64,000 nt of DNA. Source: Octopus sinensis. Its lineage: Eukaryota. The stretch lies in the NCBI RefSeq assembly GCF_006345805.1, contig NC_043007.1, positions 64,790,001-64,854,000 on the forward strand, in the 5' to 3' direction. The notes beneath the pieces are model-generated. The model made no database searches, was not told the DNA's origin, and worked only from the letters and a program-made list of their open reading frames with translations. The position numbers were made by a program, and so were the translations under genes. This document shows positions 1-12,980 of the stretch, one piece after another. Within the stretch, counting starts at the first letter, position 1. Every line of letters begins with the position of its first letter.

Positions 1-123
1 TGTGTGTGCGCGCGAGCGTTTGATGTTCACTGATAAAACTTCGAGCTCCATTACTTTTGCGAAGTTTTGTCAGTGAAAATATTTTGACGCAAATGAAATT
101 TTAATGTTAAAGTAAAACTGGTA

Positions 124-356
124 CTACTTAAATACAGAGGTCCCTTATCAAGTACTACTTAAAAACAGAGGTACTACTTAAATACAGGTATTACATACAA
201 AACATTTTAAATGTACGCTGTGTGGACGTGTAATGACACCCTAACCCTAATCCACCCTAAAACTAGTCCTCACCTTAACTCTAAAATTTAAGCCGAAAAC
301 TAACTCTTCCCCTCATATCGTTACGTAGATGCATCGGGACCTCTGTATTTAAGTAG
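124..356. mobile_element. MITE-like element with perfect 21-bp terminal inverted repeats
   Basis: ctacttaaatacagaggtccc (124-144) is the exact reverse complement of gggacctctgtatttaagtag (336-356). The interior has degenerate copies of the left TIR (152-187) and ccctaaccctaa (239-250). Confidence 0.65.
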
Positions 357-3114
357 GGCCGTGAAAGTAACGGTTTCTGTGTGTTCTTGAATGGCTTACA
401 AACATCTACGCTGCAATTATTTTTGTTTCAGCACACGATCTCAGATCAAGTCACTTGCTATGCAAGTACATCACCGTATTTTTTTAAAAATCACTGTGGA
501 TAAATTCCCTCAATGACCCCAGGCTCTCCAGTATTTTAATTACTAAACAGAAACAATCGGGGGCAGGGAGTAGGGTTGCAAAATATTCATAATTTCTCAA
601 ATCTTCTTTTTATAGACTATAAATGTATTTTATGAGGAAAATTTTTGAAAAGCAGCAATACATGCGAGAGTGATATAGAAACGAGGAGGTTGTCTTTGGA
701 TATGCTAGAAACAACAGCCAAAATGCCCTTAAATCACTGACTTTTCCCTCTGAAAATATTAACAATTTTAAAAACAATTACCGAAAATGCTCCTCCCATG
801 GTTTTGAAGTGCAAAAATAAATTGGCCAAAATAGGTTCGGAGTGGTGTGAAGGAGGGGGTGTAAAAAAAAGAGTTTACAAGACTTTTTTTTATACAAAGA
901 TGCCCTCCCCTCATCATTTCGAAGGATGTAGTTAAAAAAAATAATGAGGAAGGCCTCTGAAAAAAATTTCCCCACAAATTTCTTTATATTCGTAATCTAT
1001 GCCGTTTGAAAGGGATTAGAATAAATTTTCATTAAAAGATACCCATCTTCCTGAAAGTTATGAGGGAAAAAAGTCAGATCGTGTGAATTTTCCAAAACTC
1101 CTCTCTTTCTCATAAATCCCTATATACTCTGAAGCCACAACATCTAAGCGGTATTTGTAGAAAATTTTGTTAAAAAGTATCCATTTTTCTGGAAGTCATG
1201 AGGCAACAAAGTCAGAGGCGTATACATCTGTAGAAATGCCCTTTTATTTATACGATTTTTTCATTTCATGTTTATTTCATTCATTATTTGCAATGTTATC
1301 TCTCTCCCCCTCTCTCACACACACTGCAAAGCTTACAGAAGGGCTGCTGAATTGCCATATCTATGTTGCTTTGAGGGGAAGGTAGAACTTGACAAACTGT
1401 TTCCCCCTTTGTTGTTGGACTAGCGTGATGTTTGTTTAAAAATGAGAGATTATGACTGATATAATAATGAAAGCAATATTTACTAAGCAAGTGAGCACTA
1501 TTATACAAAGAAATAATTAGACGTAAAATATAAAAATTATTAGAATTGGGAATGAAATGTGAAAATATTATCAAGTGGGCTAGCAGAAAACCACCCGGAG
1601 GGTGTTAGTCTGCTATTGAATTATAATGTAAAAATAATGTCTGACTTGTAGAATAAACCAGAAATGGGATTTGTGTCGTCCAAAAATTTGGGTAACTTTA
1701 TTAATTCGGCATTGCTGTGCTGAATGCAGTAACCCCCCCCCCACACACACACTGTATGTCTGTCTGTTTCACACACTCAAACACAAATGCACACTACACA
1801 CGGATACACACACACAAACACTCACACACTACCACCTCTACCGCGACCACAACAACATCACCGCCACCACCATCACCACCACCACCACCGACCACAAAAC
1901 AACAGCAGAATTGGTTGCCTTCTTGAGTTTTACTGCTGGTAGGACCACCACCATAACACCCTTACTCCTCACCCCCTCACCATCATCACCCCACCTTACC
2001 CCCCCCTCACCCCTACCCCACAAGCAGCAGCAGAGCAACAGCAGCAATGAAGGAAGGCTATATATAAGTGGTGGCTCAGTCTTGCTAGGAATATCAACGA
2101 AGTCTCTATACCTTACGTTACATCAGGCAATCACACCCTACCTTACGTTACATCAGGCAATGTGGTACCAGTTATAGAAAAGATATAAGAAAAGATGGTT
2201 ACGGTTGGAACGCATTTGAATTCCAAATCTGCTTAATCAGAACATAATAAGCGATTTCTCCTCCTCCTCCTTTTCCCATTGATGCTGCAGCGGCTGCACT
2301 TAGAGCTGCTGTTGCTATTTTCATCATCATCATCATCATCATCGCTTCCACCATAATCATCATCATCAACACCATCTAATTATTTTTTATTTCTCCCGCG
2401 GCACAAATATTTCTTTCTCACCTAAAGTCATCTCCGCATCCTCCTTACTCCCACATCCATTTTACTTTCTGGTTTCATTGCCAACGTTTTTGGGCCAAAG
2501 AAATCGATCCCACATCAATCATCACTTAACACCAGTTACCTCACTCATAAGTCACTCATCACTCATAGCTTACACCAATGCTCCATTTCTGCTTCTTTTG
2601 GCGCTTACAAACATTTTTTTTTCTCTTCTGTCGTCTGTCTATCTCTCCCTCTCTCTCTTTTTCCTCCTCTTTCGCTGTCTGCCTGCCTGCCTGCCTGTCT
2701 GTCTGTCTGTCTGTCTGTCTCTGTTTCTGTTTCTCTGTCTCTTACTCTCTCTCCTTGTACCTCACGAGTCTTTATTATATTCTTTTTCATTATTACCATC
2801 TTCACTGCTTTTTGCCACGATTAAGAAGATGAGGAAAACCGCCTCTACCACCACCACCACCACCACCACACCATCACCACCACCACCACCACTACCGCCG
2901 CCGCCACTACGATCACCAGCATCACCAAAACAACAAAAACAACAACAAAATCACCATTAAAGTAGTAGCAGAATCAGTAACAAAATATTACAATCACCAC
3001 CATATGAAGTCGAACAACAGAACTCATTCAATGTACTGATACTGCAATACTCGGTGCACAGTGTGTGTGTAGCTTTGATATTTGTTTGTGACTTGTGTGT
3101 AATGTGTGTGCGTG

Positions 3115-3335
<221 letters not shown>

Positions 3336-3557
3336 TATGGGAGTAAGGTATTGCTGGCGTGTGCAGTTACGTGCCAATGAAACGAATGCAGTAAAGTTGC
3401 CAATTAAGGACAATTACAAAAAAGATTAAAAAAAGGAGAAAAGAAAAAATGCGCAGAAGCCAATCAGTTGGCTTTCACTTTTACTGAGCTTAGTCCAAAC
3501 TTTCTTTAGATGACCTCTAGCGTACCTATTCATTGTTTCTCTTCGATCTTTTTAGAG

Positions 3558-4026
3558 CAGGGGTCAGCAAAGTGGTTAAAATCGAACTCTGGGGGTCTAC
3601 CAGGCTATACAATGGGTCGATAAACAACTGAAAAGGGTTTTAAGCATTTAGGGTGCTGAATTACTAGCGAACTGAATCTAGAAGAACGGGGTAATTTTAA
3701 AGCTAAAACTGATTTCCAGCCAAATACCGATGTAATAACTAGTATTCACCATATTTCACATTAAATATTGCGACTATACCAATATATCACTAAACTTTTA
3801 TTGTTCTCTTTCAATTTCGTTAAGTATATTCATTAAATTTCTTTAAACATATCTTATTAAAAAGTCATAATGATGCATAAGAACGAAAAATTATTCTTTC
3901 TAAAGCAAGAAATTTTATTACTTAAAATTTAAAAAATTTCATTTTAGGAGTTTAGATAATGGGGGTCGACAATTATCACCAGTTTCATGAAAGAGGTCAA
4001 TGATATAGTAACTTTGCCGACCTTTA
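3558..4026. mobile_element. Possible hAT-type non-autonomous element
   Basis: Left end caggggtcagcaaagt; right end reverse complement taaaggtcggcaaagt. CAGGGGT-like ends are typical of hAT MITEs. No clean 8-bp TSD seen. Confidence 0.4.
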
Positions 4027-4265
4027 GTTTGGAAGATAAAGTAAACGCTCTGTGGCTTAGCAGGACCGAATGTACAGTTCGCTTCATGTGCATTGAATAT
4101 AAATATTCGTTCGAGCACTTCCCACACACATACATATATTTACACATGAATCAGCTTCGAATATATAATTTCTAAGACATGCTTCCGGTCTTCGGACGAC
4201 TGTCCAGCGGTGTTGTATATTTTCTCTCTGAACTGTAATTTTCAAAAGTCCGAACCCATATAAAC

Positions 4266-4317
<52 letters not shown>

Positions 4318-4424
4318 GTGGGTGATGATGGGTGGGTGTGGGGTGTGTGGCTGCATGCATACTTATTTATATGTAAATTCGTATACATGCAACAATAAAT
4401 ACATACATGCGCGCGCGCACACAC

Positions 4425-4466
<42 letters not shown>

Positions 4467-4577
4467 ATGTGAGCTCCAGTATAGTCGCAGCTCTCGAGCT
4501 AGCATATAGACTGTCCACTTTTAGTGGTCAGTCCTTTAAATTTTGTAAGTAGATGAATATATATTCATAATTTATGC

Positions 4578-4615
<38 letters not shown>

Positions 4616-5353
4616 ATCTATCTATCTATCTATCTATCTATCTGTCTATTTGTCTGTCTGTCTATCTGTCTGGCTGTTTGCTTGGCTGTCTATCTGTCTG
4701 TCTATCTTTCTATATATCTATAACCCATACCTCATATCTCCTCGGGTAGGTAGTGAAACAAAAGCAATATATAAAGGGTATTGTCTGTCACGACAATGAT
4801 ACATATTTTTCCTTTTTTCCCCGTCCCAGTTTTTACTGCAACGAGGGTTTTCTTTTTTCGCATCATCTGTGCAAAATGTCCATACACTGCCGGTCGGTCA
4901 TGTTTGATGGTTATTTTATTATCTTTTTCTTATAGGAAATCTTAGTCTTGAAATAGAACTTTATATGGAACTTAGTAGATAATGCTATATACATACGAAG
5001 TATGTTTATGTATATGTATGGATATGAGTATAAAAACGAAATTATATGTATAGAGTGTGTACGTCAATTCACGTGCGCGCGCGCGCGCACACACACACAC
5101 AAATGTGAATGTGTTTGTGTGTGTTGTGTATGCATGTATGCGTGTGGATGTATGTATGCGTGTGTGTGTGTGTATGTATGCGTGTCTGTGCATAAACAAA
5201 AATGAGTTAAGAGAAATAACTCAGAATGGCCAGTGGTATGTATTTGAATAACAGACAAAAACAGGTAATCATATACCATCCAACATAAATATTTGATTTA
5301 TTAGAAAAAAATCTCTACCTCTTGAGGTTCTAATTGCCAAATGGCAATTATAG

Positions 5354-5399
<46 letters not shown>

Positions 5400-6108
5400 G
5401 TGTATATATATATATATGTTTGTATAAATGTGTGTGTGTGTGTGTGTGTGTGCATATCCTACCTGTTTATATCCCACTGGCTTGAAAAAGTGATAGTTTA
5501 GGTCATAACTAGATTATGTCTAAAATGAAGGAGATAAGGATCCATGGTAGAAGCCTTGGAGCATAAGTCTAGTCGGTTACGGGTTGGCCTGGGGTAAACA
5601 ACAGCAACGACAACCCATAAAGTATGCCTTTTAAAAAACACTGATGTGTATTTGCGTGCTTACGTGTGTGCGCGCGCGCGTTTGTGTATGTGTGTGTATG
5701 CGTGTGTGTGTGTGAGAGAGAGAAAGAAAGAGAGTACGTAGGGTGTGTGCTTGTGTGAGGGCGCGTGATCACTATTAAAAGTAAAATAAATGTAAAGTTT
5801 GAACCCACTTGTTTTCATTGATAATACTTATCTTTGACAAGTATTTCCTCACGCTTCAGCATCTACATATCAACGTGCATGAAATTTTGAGACTATCTTG
5901 AATTCTAATATTCCGGTCATTCATATCTCGTTAGTTTGTTTCAATTTCACTTCGATCCAGATCTCAAAATTTCTTGTTGCGCAATGTCCCGATTGGTGAC
6001 TGCCTTCTTATAAGCTCTGTTCGTTTGAAAAGAATATTTGTAATGCATTTGACTTTACGATCTCTAATTTCAAGAAATAAATTGAGCTCGATGCTGGTTT
6101 ATCCAGCA

Positions 6109-6450
6109 CTAGCTTAAAAGCCGCTCTACGTGCGGACTTTAAAGGTAGCTACTGCGGAGGCCTAATTGAGCCTGTGATCCAAAACTAGATTAAGTTTAAA
6201 TAAAAAACTTGTAAGTTCACACATTTTTTGAGTTCTTTTAAAATTTGAATTTTTAACTGTTAGCATATAACAAATTTTCATCCAGACCTAATCCCAATAC
6301 TGGATGTTCAAGAACCAAATGACGGTCAGATTTTCAATCCCGGGATCATCCTGATTCCAAAAAGGTATATGTCTATGTAGAGCAAATGCAGACTGAGATA
6401 CGGGGTCCCGGACGGACGGACTGACAGAATTTTGCGTTTATTATTATAGA
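6109..6450 (-). mobile_element. Complete non-autonomous Helitron (about 342 bp)
   Basis: On the minus strand it starts A|TCTATAATAATAAACGCAAAATTCTG at 6450 and ends with hairpin ccgc-acgtaga-gcgg (6121-6135), 8 nt, then CTAG|T at 6112-6109. It sits in an AT dinucleotide with no TSD, the canonical Helitron termini. Confidence 0.8.
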
Positions 6451-6710
6451 TTTTAAGAAAACAAAATGTGCCAATTAGGGACCCTCTGGGCTGATTGTGC
6501 GGTCTGAATAAAATAATAAATGAATCTCCTTAAGCCCATATTTTTTGAAAAAAGAAAAATATATTAGACCAGTGTTTCTTATAGGGGAGGAGCAGTAAAT
6601 ATTAAGCAGAGGCGTGCAATTTGTCATATTTAATAAAACGTAACTATTTTATAACTATAAATAGAAAAAAATACAGACTCTATTTTGCCTTTTCATTAAT
6701 AGAAAGTGGG

Positions 6711-6842
6711 TATACATTCTGAGTTCAAATTCTGCCAAGATCGACTTTCATCCTTTTGGAGTTGATGAAATAAGTTCCAGTTGTAATCAACTGGTCTCTT
6801 CCCCCAAAACTTCAGGCCTCGTGCCTATAGTAGAAAGGATTA
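6711..6842 (+). mobile_element. tRNA-derived SINE family A, partial
   Basis: B-box gagttcaaattc followed by the family body tcgactttcatcc...gataaaataagt...ggcctcgtgcctatagtagaaaggatt shared with other copies in the window. Confidence 0.65.
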
Positions 6843-7195
6843 ACGAAGAATGGTGAATCAAAACATTCACTAATATTTTTGGAAGTGGAGGGTGGCATTT
6901 GTCAGTTTGAGAATCGATGAATTAGATGATATAGTTCTAGACACCCCTCCAAATAAATATTGGATGGTTAAGGCTATGGCACCTTTAATTATAAGTCTTT
7001 TCGTCGGGGTTCGCCCGAAATTAAATAACGGCAACATCAAGCGAAATGTGCTAATGTACAAAACTCATTTGAAATTACATATAGTATATGAAGGTAATAC
7101 AATATATATATATATATTCTTGCATGTACATGATGCGCACTCATACACATACAGGGACACAGACATGTGTACCTATCTATATAAATGTTTCTGCA

Positions 7196-7274
<79 letters not shown>

Positions 7275-8043
7275 GTGTGTGCGCGTGTGCGCGCGCTTTT
7301 GTACGTGTGTTTCTCTTTGCAGTCAGCAGTCACTTGTTTTACGAAATGCGCATGACCACTCTTTCCATCATGTTCCGGTCGCCATTAAGCACAGTAACTA
7401 AAATACATCGCTGCATTTGAATTAATAGACAAAATCGATAACTCTCTATAGTTCTACATCAGCCTTCTTCTCTTCATTCATCTTTCATCCTGTCTCAACC
7501 ACTCTCTGTCTCTGTGTCTGCTGTCTCTCTCCCTCTCTTATTCTCATTCTCTCTGTTTCTCTTTCACTCTATCTCTAATTCTGTTTTTCTCCAGTTACTC
7601 CCAGTCATTTGGCTTTAAATAGCTTTGATATTCATTACAAAGTGAAACTGTATTATTATGTAGGTTTCACGGCATGGCCATGTTCTTCACAACACAATAT
7701 GGCCAATTTTTCCTTTGCACACATGACGTCCAGGAATGAAAAAGCGAGAGAAAGAAATACAAAAGAATAAAGAGTGGGATCGGGAGAAATGTAGTGAGGG
7801 AAAGAAAACTGAATGATAGAAAGAAGAGAGTATATTAATAATAATAAAGATGATGCTGATGATATCGACTGTAACATATTCTAAAAAAAAAAAAGAACAA
7901 AAACAAAAATAAAACAAATCAACTGAAACTGTTATCTTCTCGAAAACATGCCATTTATGCTTTTCTTCTCTATTATATATGTGTATGCATGCGCTGGAAT
8001 GGAACAGGGGATGTCATATTTATAGTGAGTTAAAATCTAAGAG

Positions 8044-8094
<51 letters not shown>

Positions 8095-8103
8095 GAGAGA
8101 GAT

Positions 8104-8174
<71 letters not shown>

Positions 8175-9757
8175 ATCAGGTAGCGAAAATAATGTATTGA
8201 TTTCACAAACGAATAGAAGCTTATCTAATTTTGTTATAAATAGCGAAGTTATATTTTTTCCATATATTTTTTCCAAAAATTATATCTATTAGTATCAAAG
8301 TTACGTGGAAGTTACGAGAAATAATATTAAAAATATTATGATTACAGTTATAAATAAAGTTATAAATAAATTAAAGTTATAGATAATCTGATGTTGCATT
8401 TCATTCTTATCTCTGGCATCAATGTTAATAATAATTTATAACATAGGTACAAGGTCACAAATTTGTTAGTATTTAGTTCACTGAATCGACTACAGTACTT
8501 GACTCATACTTTATACCTATCGACTTCGGAAAATTGAGAGGTAAAGTTGACCTAGACGTGATTTGAACCGAGAACACAAAGGAGCGTAAATAAACATCGA
8601 TCGAACAACTGAATACCTCCCAATAATAGAAACTTTTACTCCGATAGTTTTACTCAGTTTCCGTCTCCCAAATTTTATCCGCATGCCTATGGTTAACTGG
8701 GAGCTATCGTAGTAGATATTTGTTCAAGCTGACGCAAAATAGGACTGATTAACAGAACTGGCACAACCATAATATGATAAACCAATTGAATAAATGCTGC
8801 CCAGTTTGGTCACGGATATTCCACAATATGTAAGTAATATTTGCTTGCTAAACAACGATTATAAACAACGGTGTATCTACGCTGCGCGAAGCTGAAGATT
8901 CCGTTGTTCGATCACCTGAATTGTTTGCACCTGAATTAAAGTGTAAATGACTGAATATTCCATAGAAACGTGCATCCTAAACGTAATCTTCAGACACAAT
9001 CAGTGTGACATAGTGTATGAGAAGGCTATACCTCTTTGACTTACTTGCACAATCCATTCTACAGGCTTCTATGCAGTTTCCATCTACTTAATTTAACTCA
9101 TAAGATATCGATCAACTTGAGGCGATAGAAAAAGACATTTACCGTAAATATCGTGATTGAGAGGCCATTATGTACTTACAACTACAAACAACAATTACTA
9201 ACTTATTTAAGTAACAATATGACGGAGCTAACGAGGGATCCTCTATGTAGTCACTTTAGTTCCTAGAATAGCTACCCAAACCGATTTCAATCAAATCATA
9301 CCATCGCAAATTTAAAAAAAGAAAAATAGAAAATACATATTGGATAATGTAGTTCTGCATACATTTCCCCACTTTTTAAAGACGGTAAGGGGTAATTTGA
9401 AGGTGATTTTGGTTGTTATTTCTGACAAGTCAAGCGACGTTGGGATTAGTTTGAAATTTAGGTGAATGACTTCTAATTTTTTTATCATAAAGGTTGACTT
9501 AATTAGTTGATTAGGTTACGTCGGCACAAGGCCTCATTTGATAGTACTTAGCCTCCAGATAAGTCCTGATCATATAGATCTACGATCATAAGCGTTCCGG
9601 TCGTAATCATCCAGATGATTAAGGATACCTGGTACTATATTGCCTAATATTTTCCCACTTCTCTATACGGTGGGATGCGATTTGAAGAAGATTTGGTTGT
9701 TATTTCTAGCAAGTCAAGCGTACCCCTGTTTGCTCACTAAGGTCTGTCACAATCCTT

Positions 9758-10020
9758 TCTACAATAGGCACTTAGTTTCAAAGTTTGGTACAAGACTAGT
9801 AAGAATTAGTTGATTACATCGACCCTACAGCTCAACTGGTTCTTATTTCATCGTTCCTGAAAAGGATAAAAAGCAAAGTCGATCTTGGTGGAATACTAAA
9901 TCAGATCGTAAAGTGGAATAATAATAATAATTTCAAATTTTGCCACAAGTGTAGCAAATTTGGGGGATACCGCTAAGCATTTTGTGCAGCGTGCTAACGA
10001 CTCTGCCAGCTAACCACCTT
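9758..10020 (-). mobile_element. SINE family A, diverged copy
   Basis: Similar to 10988-11215 (gattacatcgacc...ctggt(t)cttattt...aaagcaaagtcga...ccgctaagcattt...gtgctaacgactctgccagc). Confidence 0.7.
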
Positions 10021-10048
10021 AATAATAATAATAGTAATAATAATAATA

Positions 10049-10092
<44 letters not shown>

Positions 10093-10098
10093 TAATGA

Positions 10099-10223
10099 TA
10101 ATCCTTTCTACTATAGGCATAAGGCCTGAAATTTGAGGGTGAGGGCCAGTCGATTAGCTCGATTAGCAACTGGTACTTAATTTATCGACTTCGAATAGAT
10201 GAAAGGCAAAGTCAACCTCGGCG
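10099..10223 (-). mobile_element. SINE family A fragment truncated by fold-back insertion
   Basis: Family body stops at gaaaggcaaagtcaacctcggcg, exactly where the 10221-10749 palindrome begins. Confidence 0.7.
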
Positions 10224-10749
10224 ATGCGATTGCAATAGATATTTTATTGGTTGAACGATATTTCGACAGCAATTCTGTCTTTGTCGAGTTCAAAATAAAA
10301 AGTGATAATTTAAAATTATAGAAATTCAAATCTAAAGTATATACGAGAGTAGCCAGCGTTCACACGTTGAAGGAATGACATCATCAGTCTTTAAGTTTCA
10401 ATTTTATAACTGGCGAAAAGAAAGAGAAAAAAAAGAGAGAAAAATGGTAAGAAAAATGAAAATGAAAAAGAAAAATGAATATTTAATCAAACTGATTAAA
10501 TATTCTTCTATTTTCTTTCCTTTGTTCCCTCTTTTTTTTCTGTCTTTTTCTTTTCGCCAGTTATAAAATTGAAACTTAAAGACTGATGATGTCATTCCGT
10601 CAGCGTGTGAACGCTGGTTGCTCTCGTCCATACTTTAGATTTGAATTTCTATAATTTGGAATTTTCATCACTTATTTTGATCTCGACAAAGACAGGCTTG
10701 CTGTCGAAGTATCGTTCAACCAATAAGATATCTATTGCAATCGCATCGC
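10221..10749. mobile_element. Fold-back element (about 265-bp arms) with degenerate hammerhead-like motif
   Basis: gcgatgcgattgcaatagat... (10221) mirrors ...atctattgcaatcgcatcgc (10749), centre tttaatca-aac-tgattaaa. Each arm read outward has GAAC/GATC-TCGACAA-A-GACAG-n5-CTGTC-GAA(A/G)-TAT-C-GTTC. Confidence 0.8.
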
Positions 10750-10794
10750 GCTCTTCGTTGAATAATAATAATGATAATAATAATAATAATAATA

Positions 10795-10829
<35 letters not shown>

Positions 10830-10987
10830 CCTTTCTATTATATTCTCAATGCTTGAAATTCTAAGGAAATGAGTAAGTGGATTACATCGAACCCAGTGTT
10901 CAACTGGTAACTTAATTTATCGACCCGAAGTGAAAGGCAAAGTCGACCTCGGCGAATTTGAACGATGACATAACGCAACGAAATACC

Positions 10988-11215
10988 TTTTCTTATACCC
11001 ACAAGGGGCCAAACATAGAAGGGACAAACAGGACATACATAGGTATTAAGTCGATTACATCGACCCCAATGCGTAACTGGTACTTAATTTATCGACCCCG
11101 AAAGGATGAAAGGTAAAGTCGACCTCGGCGGAATTTGAACTCACAACGTAGCGGCAGACGAAATACCGCTAAGCATTTCGCCCTGCGTGCTAACAATTCT
11201 GCTAGCTCGCCACCT
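10988..11215 (-). mobile_element. tRNA-derived SINE family A, near full-length
   Basis: Minus strand begins aggtggcgagctagcagaattgttagcacgcagggcgaaatgcttagcgg, has B-box gagttcaaattcc and the family 3' body. Another partial copy lies at 10828-10985. Confidence 0.85.
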
Positions 11216-11301
11216 AATAATAATAATAATAATAATAATAAAATAATAATAATAATAATAATAATAACACTGATGATGATGATGATGATGGTAATGATGA
11301 T

Positions 11302-11338
<37 letters not shown>

Positions 11339-11363
11339 CAACAACAACAACAACAATAATAAT

Positions 11364-11585
11364 AATCTTTTCTACTAAAGGCAGAAGGTCTGAAATTTGT
11401 GGGGGATTACATCGAACCCAGTACATTATTTACATTCGACGGATATTTGTCCTCATCTTGTTTGTTGTTAACACAACTTTTCGGCTGATATACCCTCCAG
11501 CCTTCTTCAGGTGTCTTGGGGATATTTCGAACCTGGGTTCTCATTCCTCAGGTATTTTTCGATGTTGTTGTTATTATTATTATTA

Positions 11586-11622
<37 letters not shown>

Positions 11623-11846
11623 GTTGTTGTTGTTGTTGTTCAGGTCACTGTAAATAATGTAAATAATGTAAATAATTCCCCATCTCTTAAATATAGAACT
11701 GTATCGACCCCAGTGTTTCACTAGTACTTAAATTATCAACCCTGAAAGGATGAAAAGCAAAATCGGCCACGGAATTTGAACTGAAAACGTAACGAAATGC
11801 CGCTAAGCGTTTTGCCCGGTGTGCTAACAATTCTGCCAGCTCGCCA
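11364..11846 (-). mobile_element. SINE family A copy interrupted by a hammerhead-bearing insertion
   Basis: SINE sequence stops at atcgaacccagt (11411-11422) and resumes at atcgaccccagt (11703-11714). Confidence 0.75.
11423..11702 (-). mobile_element. Hammerhead-bearing non-autonomous retroelement (same family as 24168-24617)
   Basis: Minus strand 11516-11470 reads AGACAC-CTGAAGA-A-GGCTG-gagggtatat-CAGCC-GAAA-AGTT-GTGTT. A roughly 12-bp flanking duplication with one mismatch is present, and the family 3' tail is inverted at the right end. Confidence 0.75.
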
Positions 11847-11925
11847 ATAATAATGATTTCTTTATTAACCACAAGAGTTTACATTAAGAAAAAAACATTA
11901 TGGACAGCGCAGGACAAAACGAAGA

Positions 11926-11964
<39 letters not shown>

Positions 11965-12029
11965 TGTGTGTGCGTGCGTGTGTTGTGAGGGTTTTGCGTG
12001 TAAACAAGACTAACAAAATCAAATATGTC

Positions 12030-12546
12030 TTGATGCAGTACAAGGACTGGCTCTCGTGGCTTCTGATCTTAACCGATTGCAAGTGTTATCATATACATGT
12101 TTTGTCTTGGTATAAAAGATGGGCTACAGCAACTATTCTCCTTAGTACCACATATTTGCTTGCTAGTTGCTTGACCTTAACCAGTTGAGCATGTCCCTTA
12201 GTGGTTGATGATATGTGCATCTCTGATCACGAGTAGAAGTAGTATCATAGAGTATCATAGCCATGTGTTGAGAAGAATTCTTTGGGGTTTCAATTATTCA
12301 CCTCTGGAAACATGGGTGTTTCGTTCAACATTCTCAAACAGCCCTTATCCAGGGAACTTTTGAGAGAGATGGGCTTGCAAAGTCATGCGCTGTTTATCTT
12401 GATATGAGGTCACCATGTCGCGCACATATGGTTGTGATGCATGTACCTAGTGTACCCCTATCAGACGAATAGTCATGACGGGTATACTGGGCTTCGTATA
12501 ATTGTACCCCAGTGTCACTTTGATGGCATGTACTGCTCTCTCATTC

Positions 12547-12598
<52 letters not shown>

Positions 12599-12600
12599 GC
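12030..12600 (+). repeat. Unclassified interspersed repeat ending in (AAT)n, probably a retroelement 3' region
   Basis: Complex sequence ending ...ctgctctctcattc followed directly by a long (AAT)n tail. No ORF. Classification is inference only. Confidence 0.35.
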
Positions 12601-12637
12601 ATTAGTAGTAGTAGTAATAATAACAGCAACGAGGATA

Positions 12638-12684
<47 letters not shown>

Positions 12685-12899
12685 CTTATAGTATAGAGAG
12701 TGCAGGTGAACTACAACTCGTTGGAAAAGGGTAAATGAAGTGACAGAAAACAGTAATAAGTAAAGAATGACATAAGCGATACCCAAAAGTACATGCTTAG
12801 TACACTTAATATAGTTATCAGACAGAGCTCCATCAATGGATTATTTAAGCAGATTTATATAGCAACCAATCATACAAGTATAATGAACAGTAATCTTCT

Positions 12900-12975
<76 letters not shown>

Positions 12976-12980
<5 letters not shown>

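Noticed and set aside
239-250. ccctaaccctaa as an interstitial telomere
   Set aside because: Only two units, and they lie inside a TIR element.
1671-2960. 168-aa and 160-aa ORFs with Thr/Pro/Gln runs
   Set aside because: Built from (CA)n, (ACC)n and (CT)n repeats; no recognisable protein signal.
4176-4210. acatgcttccggtcttcggacgactgtccag resembling a reversed HHR
   Set aside because: Too many core changes to support.
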